NCBI GenBank assembly: GCA_964016885.1
Contig: OZ024743.1
Coordinates: 12,338,001 to 12,402,000, forward strand
From: Eledone cirrhosa
Taxonomy: Eukaryota
Reading direction: 5' to 3'
Length of the DNA: 64,000 bases
Part shown: piece by piece, positions 1-13,915 of the stretch
Position numbering within the stretch: position 1 is the stretch's first letter
How the letters are laid out: each line of letters starts with the position of its first letter
Position numbers and translations under genes: made by a program
Notes under the pieces: generated by a model
Told to the model about the DNA's origin: nothing
The model's database searches: none
The model's input: only the letters and a program-made list of their open reading frames with translations

Positions 1-631
1 ATGAACACTATAAGAGTTCTGGTTATAAATCCTACCTTGATAACATTCATGTGTAATTGTTACATTACCAAGAATGTATGTCATGATAAGCAAATGTGAG
101 AGAGGTGCAATTAAAGCCAAGAAAAACATTAATATTAAGCATTATAACACTGTGATTTTAAGCTATATAGAAGTAAAGGTATAAAGGATATAAGTCCACA
201 TGCTGTAATTATTGTTCACATGTTCAAATCATCATCATCATCATGATCATCATCGTTTAACGTCTATCTTTCACACTAGACGTAATGTACAAAATATCAA
301 CACCCAAAGACACATTTGACTGTATTACATGTTTTTCAAATATTGTATAGAAGCAATATTAGACTAAACACTGTTTTTGGCAGTGCATGTTTTTTTAGAT
401 GGTATCTGAAAATATGAATTACTGTGAGATATGGCCATGTAGGTAAGACGGTAAAAAGTTCAAAGGTTCCACACTGTAAATGTGGTTGGTGTTGAAACTT
501 TATGTTGGTGATGCTTATGCGATATATTTTTCTGTCAATCATTATTTGAATTCCTATCCTGCAATCCCACTTGTGCAATTATAATTTACACAGTGCACAC
601 CTTATGGAATTTCTGCCTATATAATTAGACA

Positions 632-859
632 AAAAACAAGGAAGTTTTGTTTACATGTATATGATTTTTATTGTGTATCGACTTGTTACTCGTGTTTCAT
701 AGAGAATTGGCTCAAGGTCACCCATAGAGTTATGGACCAGAGTCCACTATTGATGTACTCTTCAGACTTGTGATGTGACGAAAAAAACATTTTTGTTGTA
801 ATAACAGGATGATACACAATAAATATCATATACATGTAAACAAAACTTCCTTGTTTCTT
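632..859. repeat. Inverted repeat (about 48-bp arms) around a spacer with a hammerhead-like core
   Basis: 632-679 mirrors 811-859; minus-strand CTGAAGA...GAAAC-ACGA-GTA at 685-767. Confidence 0.7.
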
Positions 860-1086
860 TCTAAAATATACACTCTGCTTGTGCATAGGGTACTTGCTTT
901 GGTACCAACACCAGTAATACACTGAATCATCTACACTATATATACAGTCCTATACGAGCAAGACAACCAATCTTGCCTCAAGTGGGAAAATTCCCGTCCA
1001 AATCCATGCAAGCGTGGAAGATGGACGTTAAACGATGATGATGATATATATACATATATACATATATATATACATATATACATATA

Positions 1087-1117
<31 letters not shown>

Positions 1118-1449
1118 CAAATCATTCTGTTTATATATTTCTAAATAACATTTTTCAAAGCCAGATAATTGTTATTGCAAGCAGGGAAAAGCGGACGTAG
1201 AATGATGATGATGATGATGAAGCAAATTTGTTTTTATTAATTTCTTTAAAATTATCTCTACATGACGTTAACAGTATGTATAATGTGGAAAGAAATCACA
1301 GTCTGATTGGTCCAGAAATGTTGAAATATTATAACTATAAAGCAAAAACTGAAAGTAAAGAATATACTTGAATTGGGCAGCAAGGATATGGTAATAGATA
1401 AATTGGATAAAAAAAAGAATGTTATGAAAGAAATGTTTTGAAAAATTAC

Positions 1450-1560
1450 CAAGAACTTGCCACATTTAGACATCTTGCAGTCAGTGATCCAATCTTTGTG
1501 ACAATCAAACAAGATTCGATGTGGCTGCCAAATTTTGTTCAAATCCCAAATTACAACTTT
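1450..1560 (-). CDS. TEP1: TEP1-like exon L (KVVIWDLNKIWQPHRILFDCHKDWITDCKMSKCGKFL), WD40
   Basis: ctttcag acceptor, TTG|gtaatt donor, 111 nt, CHKDWITDC motif. Confidence 0.9.
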
Positions 1561-4500
1561 CTGAAAGAAAAGAAAATATTAATAGGGAAATAAAAAAAAT
1601 GTTAATAATGTATTTTCTAAATTGTATGAGATATATGTTGCTATAGCAATATTCCTCCTACACAGGATAAAAGGGATAGTTATTATCTTATAAAGATGTA
1701 ACATGCATGTATAACAGCATATGAACATACAATTATCTACTTTTCTCTGCAGTTTTACATAAAACAATTTTTCTATTTCAGTATAGGTGAGATGATTATG
1801 CAAATTCATGTATTTACTGTTTTGTGTTGCAATTATCTTAACAGTCAGTTGCCCTTCCGAGCTTCCTCACCATAAATAATTTCCAAACCATAAAAATACA
1901 CATGGAATTTTTTTGTTAGTCAGGAATAATAACTGAAGAATGTTTACATAACTTGTCCATCTTTACAGCGCTAAGGCTAATGTAAAATTTTAACTCATGA
2001 TCATATGGCACACAGCATAAACTTAATTTTTAAATGATTATCAGATAATATGGAGGATATCACCCTGCATATAATGCTAGTCAATTGCAGGTAACTCTCC
2101 AAGGTACCCACCACCACTACCATAACCACCATCAGTAAGGTGATATGAGGCAATTTAAAAGTCAATATTTTGCACAGAAATACAACAAAATACTTACAGT
2201 GGGCTTTTACTGACAGTATACAAGCCAACTGATTAATGTCTTTTATATTTAGATGTTAACATCATTCCTTAAACATGAAGAATGGTGTTTGAAATCACAT
2301 TATGTTATTGTGACTATAATCTTAATTAAACTAATAATAACAGTACTGAATAATGATTAATGATGATGATAATGATATTTCCTTTTGTAGTTTACCAAGT
2401 GAGCTATGTCATATAAGTGTCATTGCTTAGCCCCAGATTCAGCCCTCATTGAGCAGACCTATAATCAAAATGTTCCAGTCATTATCAGTCTATCTTTTCA
2501 TGTACTCATTAAACTATATTAGCCAATGTATCTTCCAATTGGCTTCTTTAAAAGAAAATAATGGGTGATTTTAGATAGAGCTCTGGCTACTATTTTAGCA
2601 AATTAGTTATATTTCAATAGATAGTAACATTTGATAATTATGATTAGTAAAATAAGTAATTGTTGCTCTTGTTCTTGACTAACTACACTCATCATTGCTC
2701 AGGTAGACATAACACCTGTAGGTAGATGATCATACGAATGAGTGTAACTCTCTGATCAAGCACCTCAAATATACTATACTTCCATCTGGCTGATGACTAA
2801 ATTACACACCCCAGCATGCTTCCTCCATTTCCTCCACAGTCACATCTGCTCTTGTACGTCTGTTGTTGATCCAGCATATATAAACATCTTTCTAGCTGTG
2901 ACCACCCATCTTTTTAGGGGGCCTACAATGTATCTAGAACTACATTATCTAGTTAGATGTTTCTCTTGGAATTTTAGATCAGCTTGACCAGGGTCGAAGT
3001 AAGGCTATACATTACCATATAACTGGTATTTAATTTGTCAAACTTAAAGGAACAAAAATAAAGGACATTATATATCCAACCTCGCTCATCTCTATTTGTT
3101 TATCTCCTGTCCCATGTCTCTTACATTTTGCCTATTTCTCGCTTCCTCTCACCTCTGAATTATCTCAACCCACAGACACTCTGCTACAGAAATAATATCA
3201 AAAATAAATTCTTCAGTAAACTAAAACCACAAATATTGATTTCCTTCAAGTCATTATGAAGTAACTCTTAGTTTCCACTCTCGGATTTTCCAGTCACAGA
3301 AAATCAATATATCTATCTAACTAATTGCTATGAAGACAAGCTTTGAATAACTTCATCAGAGTTTGGCTTTCTGTCCTGCTTACTTCACTTAGGTTTCTAA
3401 TTACCCTTTTATTCTCTCTCAACTCAAAACAACATGAAAGTATTTTGGTGCCTGTGGCAAACATTTTAAAAACTGTTGACATAAGATTTCTAAACACATG
3501 ACAAACCAAGTTATGTTGCTAACAAATAAGTTTTTAAAACACCTGGGAAAAAAGCAAACAAACAATATTATTTCATATTTTAAAGTGACTGTGAAATAGA
3601 GCTTTGAAACCTTTGAAATGTTAGACCATGTGTTTAAACTGAAGACAGTTATACCATGGATGTATCATTTTAGTCATTTAGCATCTTCCTTTTACATAAA
3701 CTTTCCATGCTGGTATTGATTGGATAGGCTGTTATGGTCCGAGTCGGTTCTTAGTTGGAATTACTGCTCTCCTTGACAGAGGAAGATGTCTAGCACATAT
3801 ATTCCCATTTTGGTGTAGTTTCTATGAATGGATGCAATTTCTAAGGCCAAACACTTAACAGAGTGTACTGAGTGCATTTTATCATGACATCAATACATGA
3901 GAGATTGCCATGTTCTTGACAAGTCTAAAGAGCCCTCTGTAACCTAAGCGGTCTCCATTTGATCCCCAACTACTAGGTGTACTTTACTACAGAGGGCGCC
4001 TTGTACCTTACATGGCAAAATAATCCTCTCAGTTCTACAATATCTTCATTCTTTCAAAGCAAAATGTGTAATTGAAAGGGAGTATTGGCTAAATGAAGGG
4101 AGAGTACGAATATGAGTGTGAAGAGAAAGTGATAGCATGATAGAGGAGGAAGACTGATAGTGTTAGCTACATGTTAGTTGTCAATAGGAAGTTAAGCAAT
4201 AGGAATATATCACAGTAAATGTGATGGATAGCAGTAGAGAAGCATGATAGCTAGAGCCGTATGAAACAGCTAAGTCTCTGGATAGCAACAGAGAAGTGTG
4301 ATAGGGAGAATTGTAAGAAACAGCTAAGTCTAATGGAAGAAAACAATTATGATGGCTGGCAGTGGACAATGTTGGTATTGTATGTAACCATGTGTGATGG
4401 GTAAATGTGAATAAAGAGTTTCAAGGGGATAGAGAGAAAATAATAATTAGTAGTAAAGGGTGATAGTATGGAAAGATAATGGATGCCTTCATTGTCACTC

Positions 4501-4796
4501 ACACAGATACTATGATAGGAAATAAAGGGTTAATGGTGAGAGAGATAGCATGATAATTAATAATGAATGATGGTATTTATTCTTGTTGAAACTGCTTAAT
4601 AACTGGTGTTTGTTTCTTCTAATTTAGAAGTTCAAAATCTATAAAATAGGTTCTTGACAGAAAATAAAGTACTGGTGTCGATATGATCAACTAAATCCTA
4701 AAGGCAGTGCTCTAGCATGGCTACAGTGAAATGACTGAAGCCAGTAAAAGATTAAAAGAATAAGCATATAATTGTAGACAATAACTTAAGTCTTAC

Positions 4797-4899
4797 CATG
4801 TCTCGACCTGCTGTTATTAAAAAGACTTCATCAAAACTAAATGTACAAGAATTTATTGGAGCATCGTGTTGCTGATGTAATTCAGTCACTGTTTTTGAC
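4797..4899 (-). CDS. TEP1: TEP1-like exon K (SKTVTELHQQHDAPINSCTFSFDEVFLITAGRDM), WD40
   Basis: tattacag acceptor, ATG|gtaaga donor, 103 nt, phase 2-0. Confidence 0.9.
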
Positions 4900-5640
4900 C
4901 TGTAATACAAATAATTATAATAAAAAACTATGTCAGATCATTAAAAAAATTATACATATAAAGATATATGGATGAGTGGATAACTAAAGATATATGGATG
5001 AGTGGATGGATAGATAGTCCTGTAACTCCTGGTGTAATCGTAGAGATGCCATATTGACATACAGCATTTCTAGGGCATTTTTAAACCTGGTTTCCATCCC
5101 TCTCCAGGTCAGAATGTAGCAGATTTCTTTTAGAGAAGGACAGAGAGTGAGAGAAAGGAAGTGAAGAAGAAACAGGGGAAGAATTGGCCCCAGTATTAGA
5201 CTGGTACTTTTTTTATCAACCTCGAAAAGATGAAAGGCAAAGTTGACTTCAGCGAGCAGAGAGCAGAGAGCCAAAACAATTACGGCAAAACATTCTATCC
5301 GATGAATTTGCCGCCTGTCAAAATATATATATTTCAGCTAATTAAAATATTTTCTATTAATTACTTACTCTTGCAAGAAAATCAACCTAGGACAAAAGGA
5401 AAATTAATTCTATAGCTAGAAACAGGCGTTAAATTAAAACACAAGCCAATGTGGTCATTTGACCTACTAGGAATAATATCCACATCTCCCAAAAAAACAC
5501 CCATGTGTATATATCTACGTATGTATGTGTGTGTATGTATGTAAATATATATATATATATATATAGTGAAAGAATAACATTATTGGCTGTACAAAAAGGT
5601 TTTATTTACAGTATTACCTTAAACAATACCTAATTATCCT

Positions 5641-7534
5641 ATCAAAGATATGAAGATGGGGAAGGTAACCGGTCCATCAGGTATAGCTGCCGAGATGCTG
5701 AAGGCATCTGGGTCGGTAGATCACACTATAACCACACGTATTGTTAACCAGGTAATACTAGAAGGTGTCATCCCAAAAGATTGGTGCAGTAGCATCATTG
5801 TCAACTGCTACAAAGGTAAAGGTGATGCACTAAATAGAGGAAACTATAGAGGTATAAAGCTGATGGACCAGGTCATGAAAGTAACAGAAAGAGTTATAGC
5901 ACAGTTGATTAGGGTCCAGGTGAAACTAGATGAGACGCAATTTGGGTTTGTACCAGGAAGAGGCACCACTGATGCCCTCTTCCTTGTGAGGCAGTTACAG
6001 GAAAAGTACCTAGCTAAAAGTAAGCCACTCTACCTGGCATTCGTCGATCTTGAGAAAGCCTTTGACAGAGTACCACGTGCTATAATAATTAGTAGATGAA
6101 TGGCTTGTGAAAGCTGTACAGGCCATGTATAGGGGAGCAGTCAGCAAAGTTAGGATTAGCAATGAGTATAGTGAGGAATTTAGCGTACAGGTCGGTGTCC
6201 ACCAGGGCTCTGTTCTTAGCCCTTTCCTGTTCATCGTAGTCCTGCAGGCAATAATGGAGGAGTTTAAGACCGGATGCCCATGGGAACTCCTGTATGCAGA
6301 TGACCTTGCACTTATAGCTGAATCAATGGTAGAACTAGAGAAGAAATTCCAAACTTGGAAGCAGGGACTAGAAAGAAAGGGTCTCAAAGTCAACCTGACA
6401 AAGACTAAGGTCCTTGTAAGTAGACGAGAAAACAGAACCCAGATCCCCTCAGGGAAATGGCCTTGCTCAGTATGTAGGAAAGGTGTAGGTAGGAATTCCA
6501 TTCTCTGCCCCAAATGCAAACAATGGGTACACAATGGGTACACAAGAGATGTAGCGGGATCTCAGGAAGCTTAATTAAGAATGTAGGCTTCACATGTAGC
6601 AGCTGTGCTGGGATAGCAAGCAGCAAACAGCCACAGGAAACAAGTACCCCCAGTCTCTGAGAGGGCTCTGTAGAAACAGTAGACAGCTTCTGCTACCTAG
6701 GTGACTGAATTAGCAGCGGAGGTGGGTGTTCAGAAAGTACAATAACTAGGGTAAGAACGGGATGGAAGAAGTTCAGGGAGCTACTGCCACTGCTAGCTGC
6801 AAAAGATTTTTCCCTCAAAATGAAAGGCAGACTGTATGATGCATGTATACGAACAGCAATGTTACATGGTAGTGAGACCTGGATGTTGAATGTGGAAACT
6901 TGCGTAGATTAGAAAGAAACGAAGCCTGCATGCTCAGATGGATGTGTAATAGTAATATACGTGAATGGCAAAGCATAAATGAATTGAGAGAGAGACTGAG
7001 CATAAGAGGAATCAAACGCTGTGTGCAGGAGAGGCAGTTGCGTTGGTATGGACATGTGATGCGTATGAAGGATGACAGCTGCATAAAAAGGTACAGAGCA
7101 CTAGAAAACCTGGGATGAGGGATAAAAGCCGATCTTACCCAATTATACCTCTCAAAGGCGATGACACATGACCGTGACCTCTGGCGTCACGCAGTAATAC
7201 AGAGTACCCAACCTCCCATGGGTACAAGCCAAAGCTGAAGCATATAGACAATATGCCCCCACACCCTCCCACTGCAAAGTGGTCATGGAGGTGCCACGGC
7301 AAAAAAGCACCCAGCCCACACTGTAAAGTGGACGTGTAGGCACCATGGAAAAAAAAGCACCCACCACTCACTGTAAATGAGGTTGGTGTTAGGAAGGGCA
7401 TCCAGCTGTAGAAATCAAGCCAGAATCAGTTCCTGTATGAGCAAGACAAGGTCAGCCGACCAGACACTGCCCACAACAGGACAACCCATCTAACCCATGG
7501 TAGCGTGGAAGAACGGACATAAAATGGTGATGAT
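5641..7534 (+). mobile_element. RTE-clade LINE, subfamily A, 5'-truncated and degenerate
   Basis: RT fragments (QFGF..GRGTTDA, DLEKAFD, LLYADD) broken by indels; 3' UTR and short (ATG)n tail run into (TA)n. Confidence 0.92.
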
Positions 7535-8042
7535 ATATATATATATATATATATATAAACACATACACACAGGCATATATGTAAATGACCACGAGCTTTT
7601 AGAATATGGCAGTGGTTAAAATTTTGAAAACTGAATTAGAGATTTTGCCATCTTTTGACTACAGAAAACAGTCTAACAATAGGGCATAAAAGCTCCCATA
7701 ATGGGGAAAAATACCCTGCGTTTAGACTATCTTCTATTGTCAAAATACAGCAAAAGCTCTAATTCAATTTTCAAATTTTCAATTACCGCTGTAAAAAATA
7801 TATATACTGTTATTAATTCACAGCTTCTAAATTTAATGGTGAAAAACTGAGTGGGCAGGTTGATGTATTCAGTCTAGCAGACTTATCCACACAATAAGAA
7901 GTATGGATTCATTTCTCATGTGTGCCGATGCCCATTGTTTTCCGTTATGGGGGCTTATATAACCTGTTATTAGAATATTTTCTGCAGTCAAAATATATGA
8001 CAAGTAAGTATGTTTTGAAACAGTGAGTGAGTTTCAAATTAG

Positions 8043-8244
8043 AAATAGAAGCTTTTGCTGTATTTTTGACTAAAGAAATTTTTAGCCTGATAGTGGAGTT
8101 TAGAATACTCTAAGAAATGGAAAAAGATGAGTATTGACGTACATATATGTCAATGCTCATCTTTTACCATTTCTTAGAGAGTTCTAAACCCCACTATCAG
8201 GCTAAAAATTTCTTTAGTCAAAATTATAGCAAAAGCTTCTATTT
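8043..8244. repeat. Imperfect palindrome with about 100-bp arms; related inverted repeat at 7608-7791
   Basis: aaatagaagcttttgct...attgac mirrored by gtcaat...agcaaaagcttctattt. Confidence 0.85.
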
Positions 8245-8355
8245 AAATATATATATATATATACACACACATGCATATAAATCCCTTATATATATATACA
8301 TATATATATACACACACATATAACACACACACACATATATATACACACACATATA

Positions 8356-8470
8356 TAGGAAAAGGTATGACCCCCAATGGCAGAGCTCAAGCCGTTTCAA
8401 CGGCTATTTCTGGACTGAAATAGCCGTCAAAATGGCTTGAGCTCTGCCGTCGGGGTCATACCTTTTCCTA
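8356..8470. repeat. Imperfect palindrome with about 55-bp arms carrying the 3' half of a hammerhead
   Basis: taggaaaaggtatgacccc...ggggtcataccttttccta; consensus arm GAAA-CGGC-ttgagctct-GCCG-TC. Confidence 0.8.
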
Positions 8471-9906
8471 TTACCCACTCTACTACCCTAAGTATTGAGT
8501 ACTCTGGTGTGTTATGGTCCACCTGGTTCCTTACCACAATTCCTTCGTTATATATATATATATACACACACACATACTCACACTCACACAAGTAAATATG
8601 CATACACAAACATATTCAGGTATAATTTTATCACATACCAATACACACATATGTCCTTTACTATTTTGCTGATTTTACATGTGAGAAACATAGCCAAAAA
8701 GCTGATAGGTTAGAAATAGATGCCAATTCATTAATTGAAAATGTTATTTTAAATTTGTCTGCTTTCCAATATTTCAACAAGACAATTTCCAAAATGGCCA
8801 CATTCCTTTGACACAACAGCCACCTCATCTAGTTTGTTAGTAAATGAATAAGAATCTCATGTTAAATGAACTGATGTTTCCTGATGGTGTCCTTGTTGTT
8901 CTTGTTTTAGTTGTTTAATGAAAGGAGATTCAAATTCTCCTCAGTAAGAGAAAGCTGTAGGTAGGAAATATTTGAATTCAGCATTAAGAGCAATACAAGA
9001 ATAATATATCATCATACAGTATCCCCACCCCAACTTGTTAACAGCAATCATCTCTACTTAGGATAATCAGTAGATTAGGTTATAAAGGAAGTTAAAAATC
9101 GAAATTCCTTTAAGGAGAAGAAACTATAGCTGTGAAGGATTTGAATTCAACACCAAAAATTCTTTAATCCTTTAACTTTATCGCATGCTTGGATTAATAC
9201 AATTATTTGGTCTTTCAGGGTCTTAAGTGGAATCTATTCTTTTACAAGCAATTGGATCAGGTCTCCAATCTAGATGCCATTTGCTCATTCTCTCTTTACC
9301 CACCCCACTCACATCACTAAATTCATCCTTGAATTCCCACTACCTCGTTCAAAGCCAAGTGCACCCCAAAATACCCATAATATCGCCAAACATTCACTCA
9401 CTCACCATAAAACCACCCCACCCAATCTCTACAAACCTTGCTACCATTCCCTCACTTCTATCACTGCCCTCCTAGCTTGGTTGAGGACACAAATGCCCTA
9501 GTGTTGAAATGTGGTTGTGCTGATGCCACAATAAAATGCACTCAGCCCACACTATAAAATGGCAGTGCTGGTGCCATTATAAAATGCAGCACACTGTAAA
9601 GCAGTAGTGTTAGTACCATGATAAAAAGCACCCAATTTATCCTGGTAGGTGGAAGTGGGGGACGGTGATAAAATGTATACTGTACATACTGTGAAGTTGT
9701 TGGCATTAAGAAAGGCATCCAACCATAGAAACTATGTCAGAATGGAACGTATGAGTAAGATGCAGTCATCTAACCTGTCAGAACATGACAGGTTATCTAG
9801 AACATGATCAGTCATCAGAACATGACAGCTTATCTAACCAATGCAAGTATAAGACAGTGATTATGATGATAATGATTATTATTATCATCATTACTATTAT
9901 CATTAT

Positions 9907-10080
9907 TGAGGCGGTGAATTGGTAGCATCGGGCGCCATGCTTTCTAGCATAGTTACATCCCTTTACAGTCTGAGTTCAAATCCCGCCGAGGTTAACTTTG
10001 CCTTTTATCCTTACGGGGTCGATAAAATAAAGTACCAGTAATGTACTGGGTGATTGCTGGCCTTGTGCCAAAGTAGAAAC
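9907..10080 (+). mobile_element. Older tRNA-derived SINE family (other copies at about 16235-16445, 16560-16770, 57706-57887 on the minus strand)
   Basis: GAGTTCAAATCCCGCCGAGGTTAACTTTGCCTTT...GATAAAATAAAGTACCAG recurs many times in the window. Confidence 0.7.
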
Positions 10081-10386
10081 AATTATTATTATCATTACTG
10101 TTATCTTAATGCAGCACTGTTTCCTATTGTAGGAACTCAGGAGTCATGGATTCTTCCCTGTCTTTTGACCAGTCTTAGATACCCCATAAATGTGGTGGAT
10201 TCTGCTACTCTTCTGATTTATCATCATTAATAACTTTCAGTGTTAAGAATTTGATTCCATTGAATTTCTCTGTTCTAAGATGGGTGTATAAACCTATTTT
10301 ATCTAACCCTTACAACAAGAATATGAGAATTATTGTGCAGCTGGATCCAAGAATCCTCATTGTCAGCTTGCTTTCTTCTGACTATG

Positions 10387-10710
10387 AAGGTGCATGGCTT
10401 AGTAGTTAGGGCATCGGGCTTACAATAGTGAGGTAGTGAGTTCAATTCTCGAACCGGGCTTTGCATTGTCTTCTTGAACAAGACTCTTTATTTCACATTG
10501 CTTCAGTTCACTCAGATGCAGAAATTAGTTGTAACGTCACTGGTGCCAAGCTGTATCAGCTGTATCAGCCTTTCCCTCGGACAACATTGTTTGTGTGGAC
10601 AAGGGAGACTGGTATGCATGGGCGACTGCAGTTCTTCCACAAAGAGCCTTGTACCTCAGAGGGGAACTTTCTAGATGCAAATCCCATGGTCATTTGCGAC
10701 CAAGTGGGGG
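10387..10710 (+). mobile_element. tRNA-derived SINE (related minus-strand copy at 11760-13075 is split by the solo LTR)
   Basis: TGGCTTAGTAG A box, GTTCAATTC B box, CORE-like segment. Confidence 0.7.
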
Positions 10711-11842
10711 GGGGGAGTCTTTACCCTTCTTCTGACAATATTTCCAGGTGTCAGCCTCTGTTTTATGGTTACTTTCAAAGAAATTCTACCCAATGTGGCC
10801 TTTTCTCTTCCAAAGTGGACAATCATGCACATCAACCTCCTACAATGGATCTTAGGCTGATCCTTGTGCCCCTCTTTCAGAGATCCTATTGCATGTAAAT
10901 TCTTAGAATTTTCCTACATGCACATTGTCAGAAGTCAATGAGATGATATTCTTTGAATATGGCTAACCCATTGAAAAAGAAATGTTAATTATATAGTCCT
11001 TCTGCAACTAATAACATTTAGCTTCTGTTCTCCCATGATCCAATGATCTATGCCTATAAATAGTAGGCAGACAGGATTAAATAAAAAGTTGAATAATTTA
11101 AACATAGGCATAGTACAGTGTATGGTGGATGAAAGAATATGAATTGTCAACTCTTTTAACCAGGAAGTCTGCTTTCAATTTCACTATCACTTTACCAAAG
11201 TACAAAGTTTTGATGTCACTATGACATTTCCACATTTTAAACACAGTGATAATGTGTAATGGAAGAATATTTTCATTGATCTCTAAAGGTGTTTAATTCT
11301 GTTGTTTGTATTATTGTTGTTATTATTTCAACAATATTTGCTTTTTTTAATCGCATCTGGAATGTTTGTCTTTTCTTTTTCTCCATTTTAAATCCTTTAT
11401 ACAGTGACAAGATATTTCCTATCAATAACAATTTCAAGGATGTGTTATTCAATTTAGCATATTGATCTTTATGATATGATTCTGAAAGTTAACATATTCT
11501 TCATCATAAAGGGATAGAATTGATAATAAAAAGATCAAAAGTTCAGTTTGTTGAATAATATAATTTCTAAAACAGAGGGGAGTATTTCCTTCATAGTAAC
11601 AAAATCAACAGAATATCAGTTGTAATATCTTCTAGTATTTCTCCATTAACAGTCTGATTTCAAATCACATTAAGTTGGGTTGATAGAATAAATACCAATA
11701 TTAGATTGAGACTCAATGCAGCCTCCTTCCTCTGAACTTGTGACCTTGTACCAATGTAAAGGGTAAAGACCCCGCTTCGATCATGAATGACCATGGAATT
11801 TGTACCTATAAAATTCCCCTCCGAGGCACAAGTTCAAGCAAG

Positions 11843-12826
11843 TGTAGCGCTCTCTAGATAGGGAAGTAGTTAGAGTTACTTCCCGTCGAAAGTCTAGAAC
11901 CCTCTTTTGCAACTTCTGGAAAGAGGTTATAAATAGAGGCAACACAGCCAAGCTATATCTCTTGGCGCTTTCCTTCGAACAGATAACATCTTCCTAGGGA
12001 CCCCCATCAAAGGGCCTAGAGATGGACATGCATTCCGATCCTTTCTTACTGCTGTTTGCTAACATATAACTCCAAGTATGAACTAACATTTATGCACACA
12101 CCACTCCATCAATAAAACATGTTAATCATGGGTTTAGACTATACCTAAATATGTACAAGGATATTTGTGTTCCACAATTATAACGGAGTTACAATAAAAT
12201 GAAGACTTGTTTTCGATATGGTGTTTTGTAAATATATCTTATCTTTTTCTGTATAAAATTTAGTAGAATAATCGAGTATCGAAAAATCGGCGCACGAGTT
12301 CACGATAAACAAAATTCGACATGAGTGGCAGAGGGCTCAATAATTCAGATAAATCAGAGCTATAACTATCGTTAAAATACCAACACACATAGATTATTTC
12401 TAAAATCAACCATACGACCGAAAAATTACGATCAGGAAGATTCGGGTCACTCAGATAAAATATCAATAAATCAATAAATCATGTGAATGTAAAAAGCTTA
12501 CCCGGACCCACTAGAAAGATGGTAAATCTAGCTTCTTGGGTTTCTGTAAATCCTTAAACCGCCCACTATTAGCCCACATAAAAATATATAAGACTTCTAG
12601 AGAGCGGCGGACAGGAAATACTTTATCAACGAGCTTTGTCCAGACGAATAAAAAAGCCAAACCTAGCTGAAAACGCACATGGAATCCAGCAAGGGAGATA
12701 ACCTCTATATCCGCGAAAAATATTTGGGAATGTGGAAAATCACATATCGAATAAGAGTGCTCAGTAGTTAGATTCCGGTGATATTTACTCAAGTAAATAA
12801 TCCTGGGTCTGACAGCGAACACTAAA
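11843..12826 (+). mobile_element. Probable solo LTR (984 bp) inserted in a SINE
   Basis: Starts TGTAGCG, ends CACTAAA (decayed TG..CA); 4-bp TSD CAAG at 11839-11842 and 12827-12830; TATAAATAG at about 11929; AATAAA at about 12111 and 12193; CpG-richer than flanks. Confidence 0.65.
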
Positions 12827-13915
12827 CAAGGTTATTTGTGGAAGACCAGCAGTTGCCCATGCATACCAGTCTCCCCTCTCCATGCCACCGATGTTGTCCT
12901 AGGGAAAGGTTAAGGCTGATACAGCTTGGCACCAGTGACACTGCAACTCAGTTATACTGCTGAGTAAACTAGAACAATGTGAAATAAAGTGCCTTGCTCA
13001 AGAACACAACGCAAAATCTGGTCGGAGAATCAAACTCACAACCTCACGATTGTAAGCCCGACACTCTAAGCCAACTAAGAAACTAATATAATTGGTGGGA
13101 GACAGCCTAATCTGCTAGAAATAGCAGCAAAATTTCCTTTAAATTACATGTGGCTGTTTCTTTTTAAAAAGGAAAGACACATTGGATAATGGTATTGCTA
13201 TAGCATTGAATAAAATGTCTTATGACATTTGTTCCAGTTCTTTATATTCATCTTTTTGGAGTTGATAAAATAAAACACCAATCCGGGGTATTAAATTGGT
13301 GGAATTGTTAGAGTATAAGACAAAATTCTTTCTGGTATATTTTCCAGCTCATTATGTTCTGAGTGCAGAGGAAGAAGTATCAAACTTGTCTACATTTAGT
13401 TGACAAGATGGTGTTTTGAAAAAACTACCTAAATGATGGCAACAGAAACTAGTTTGTATTTTTCTAAGAAAATCCCATGACAAGCACTATGTGCTTATTA
13501 AAGGTTGTTTGTCAACCTGATCTTGTAATGAAGGGAAATACAAAAAAGATTAGATAATCATGGCTGAAATGCCTTTGATAATGTCTCACAAATCTAGGTT
13601 GGCTTGAGGCTAAACAACATCCAATGTGATTTCCATACTCAATGAGGGTGCCTGCTAGAAATAACAGCAAAATCTATGTTAAATTACACCTGACTCTTGA
13701 AAAGAGACAAATTGGAAAATGCTCCTAGTTTAAATACCTTTGATCATAGTTTTTTTTAATATCAGCTGAGTTAGGATTAAAAAAAACAACTAATATCATT
13801 TCCATTTTGTATTCATTAACATATGTATGTAAAAAGTAAACAGAAATAATAAAACAAATGGCGCAGTACATGGAAGAAATATATTAGTTTAATGCTTCAA
13901 ATAGCAGGAAGAGAG

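Noticed and set aside
9500-9730. Regularly spaced repeats resembling a CRISPR array
   Set aside because: Eukaryotic context, no unique spacers and no cas genes; they are tandem copies of the RTE/SINE pseudoknot module
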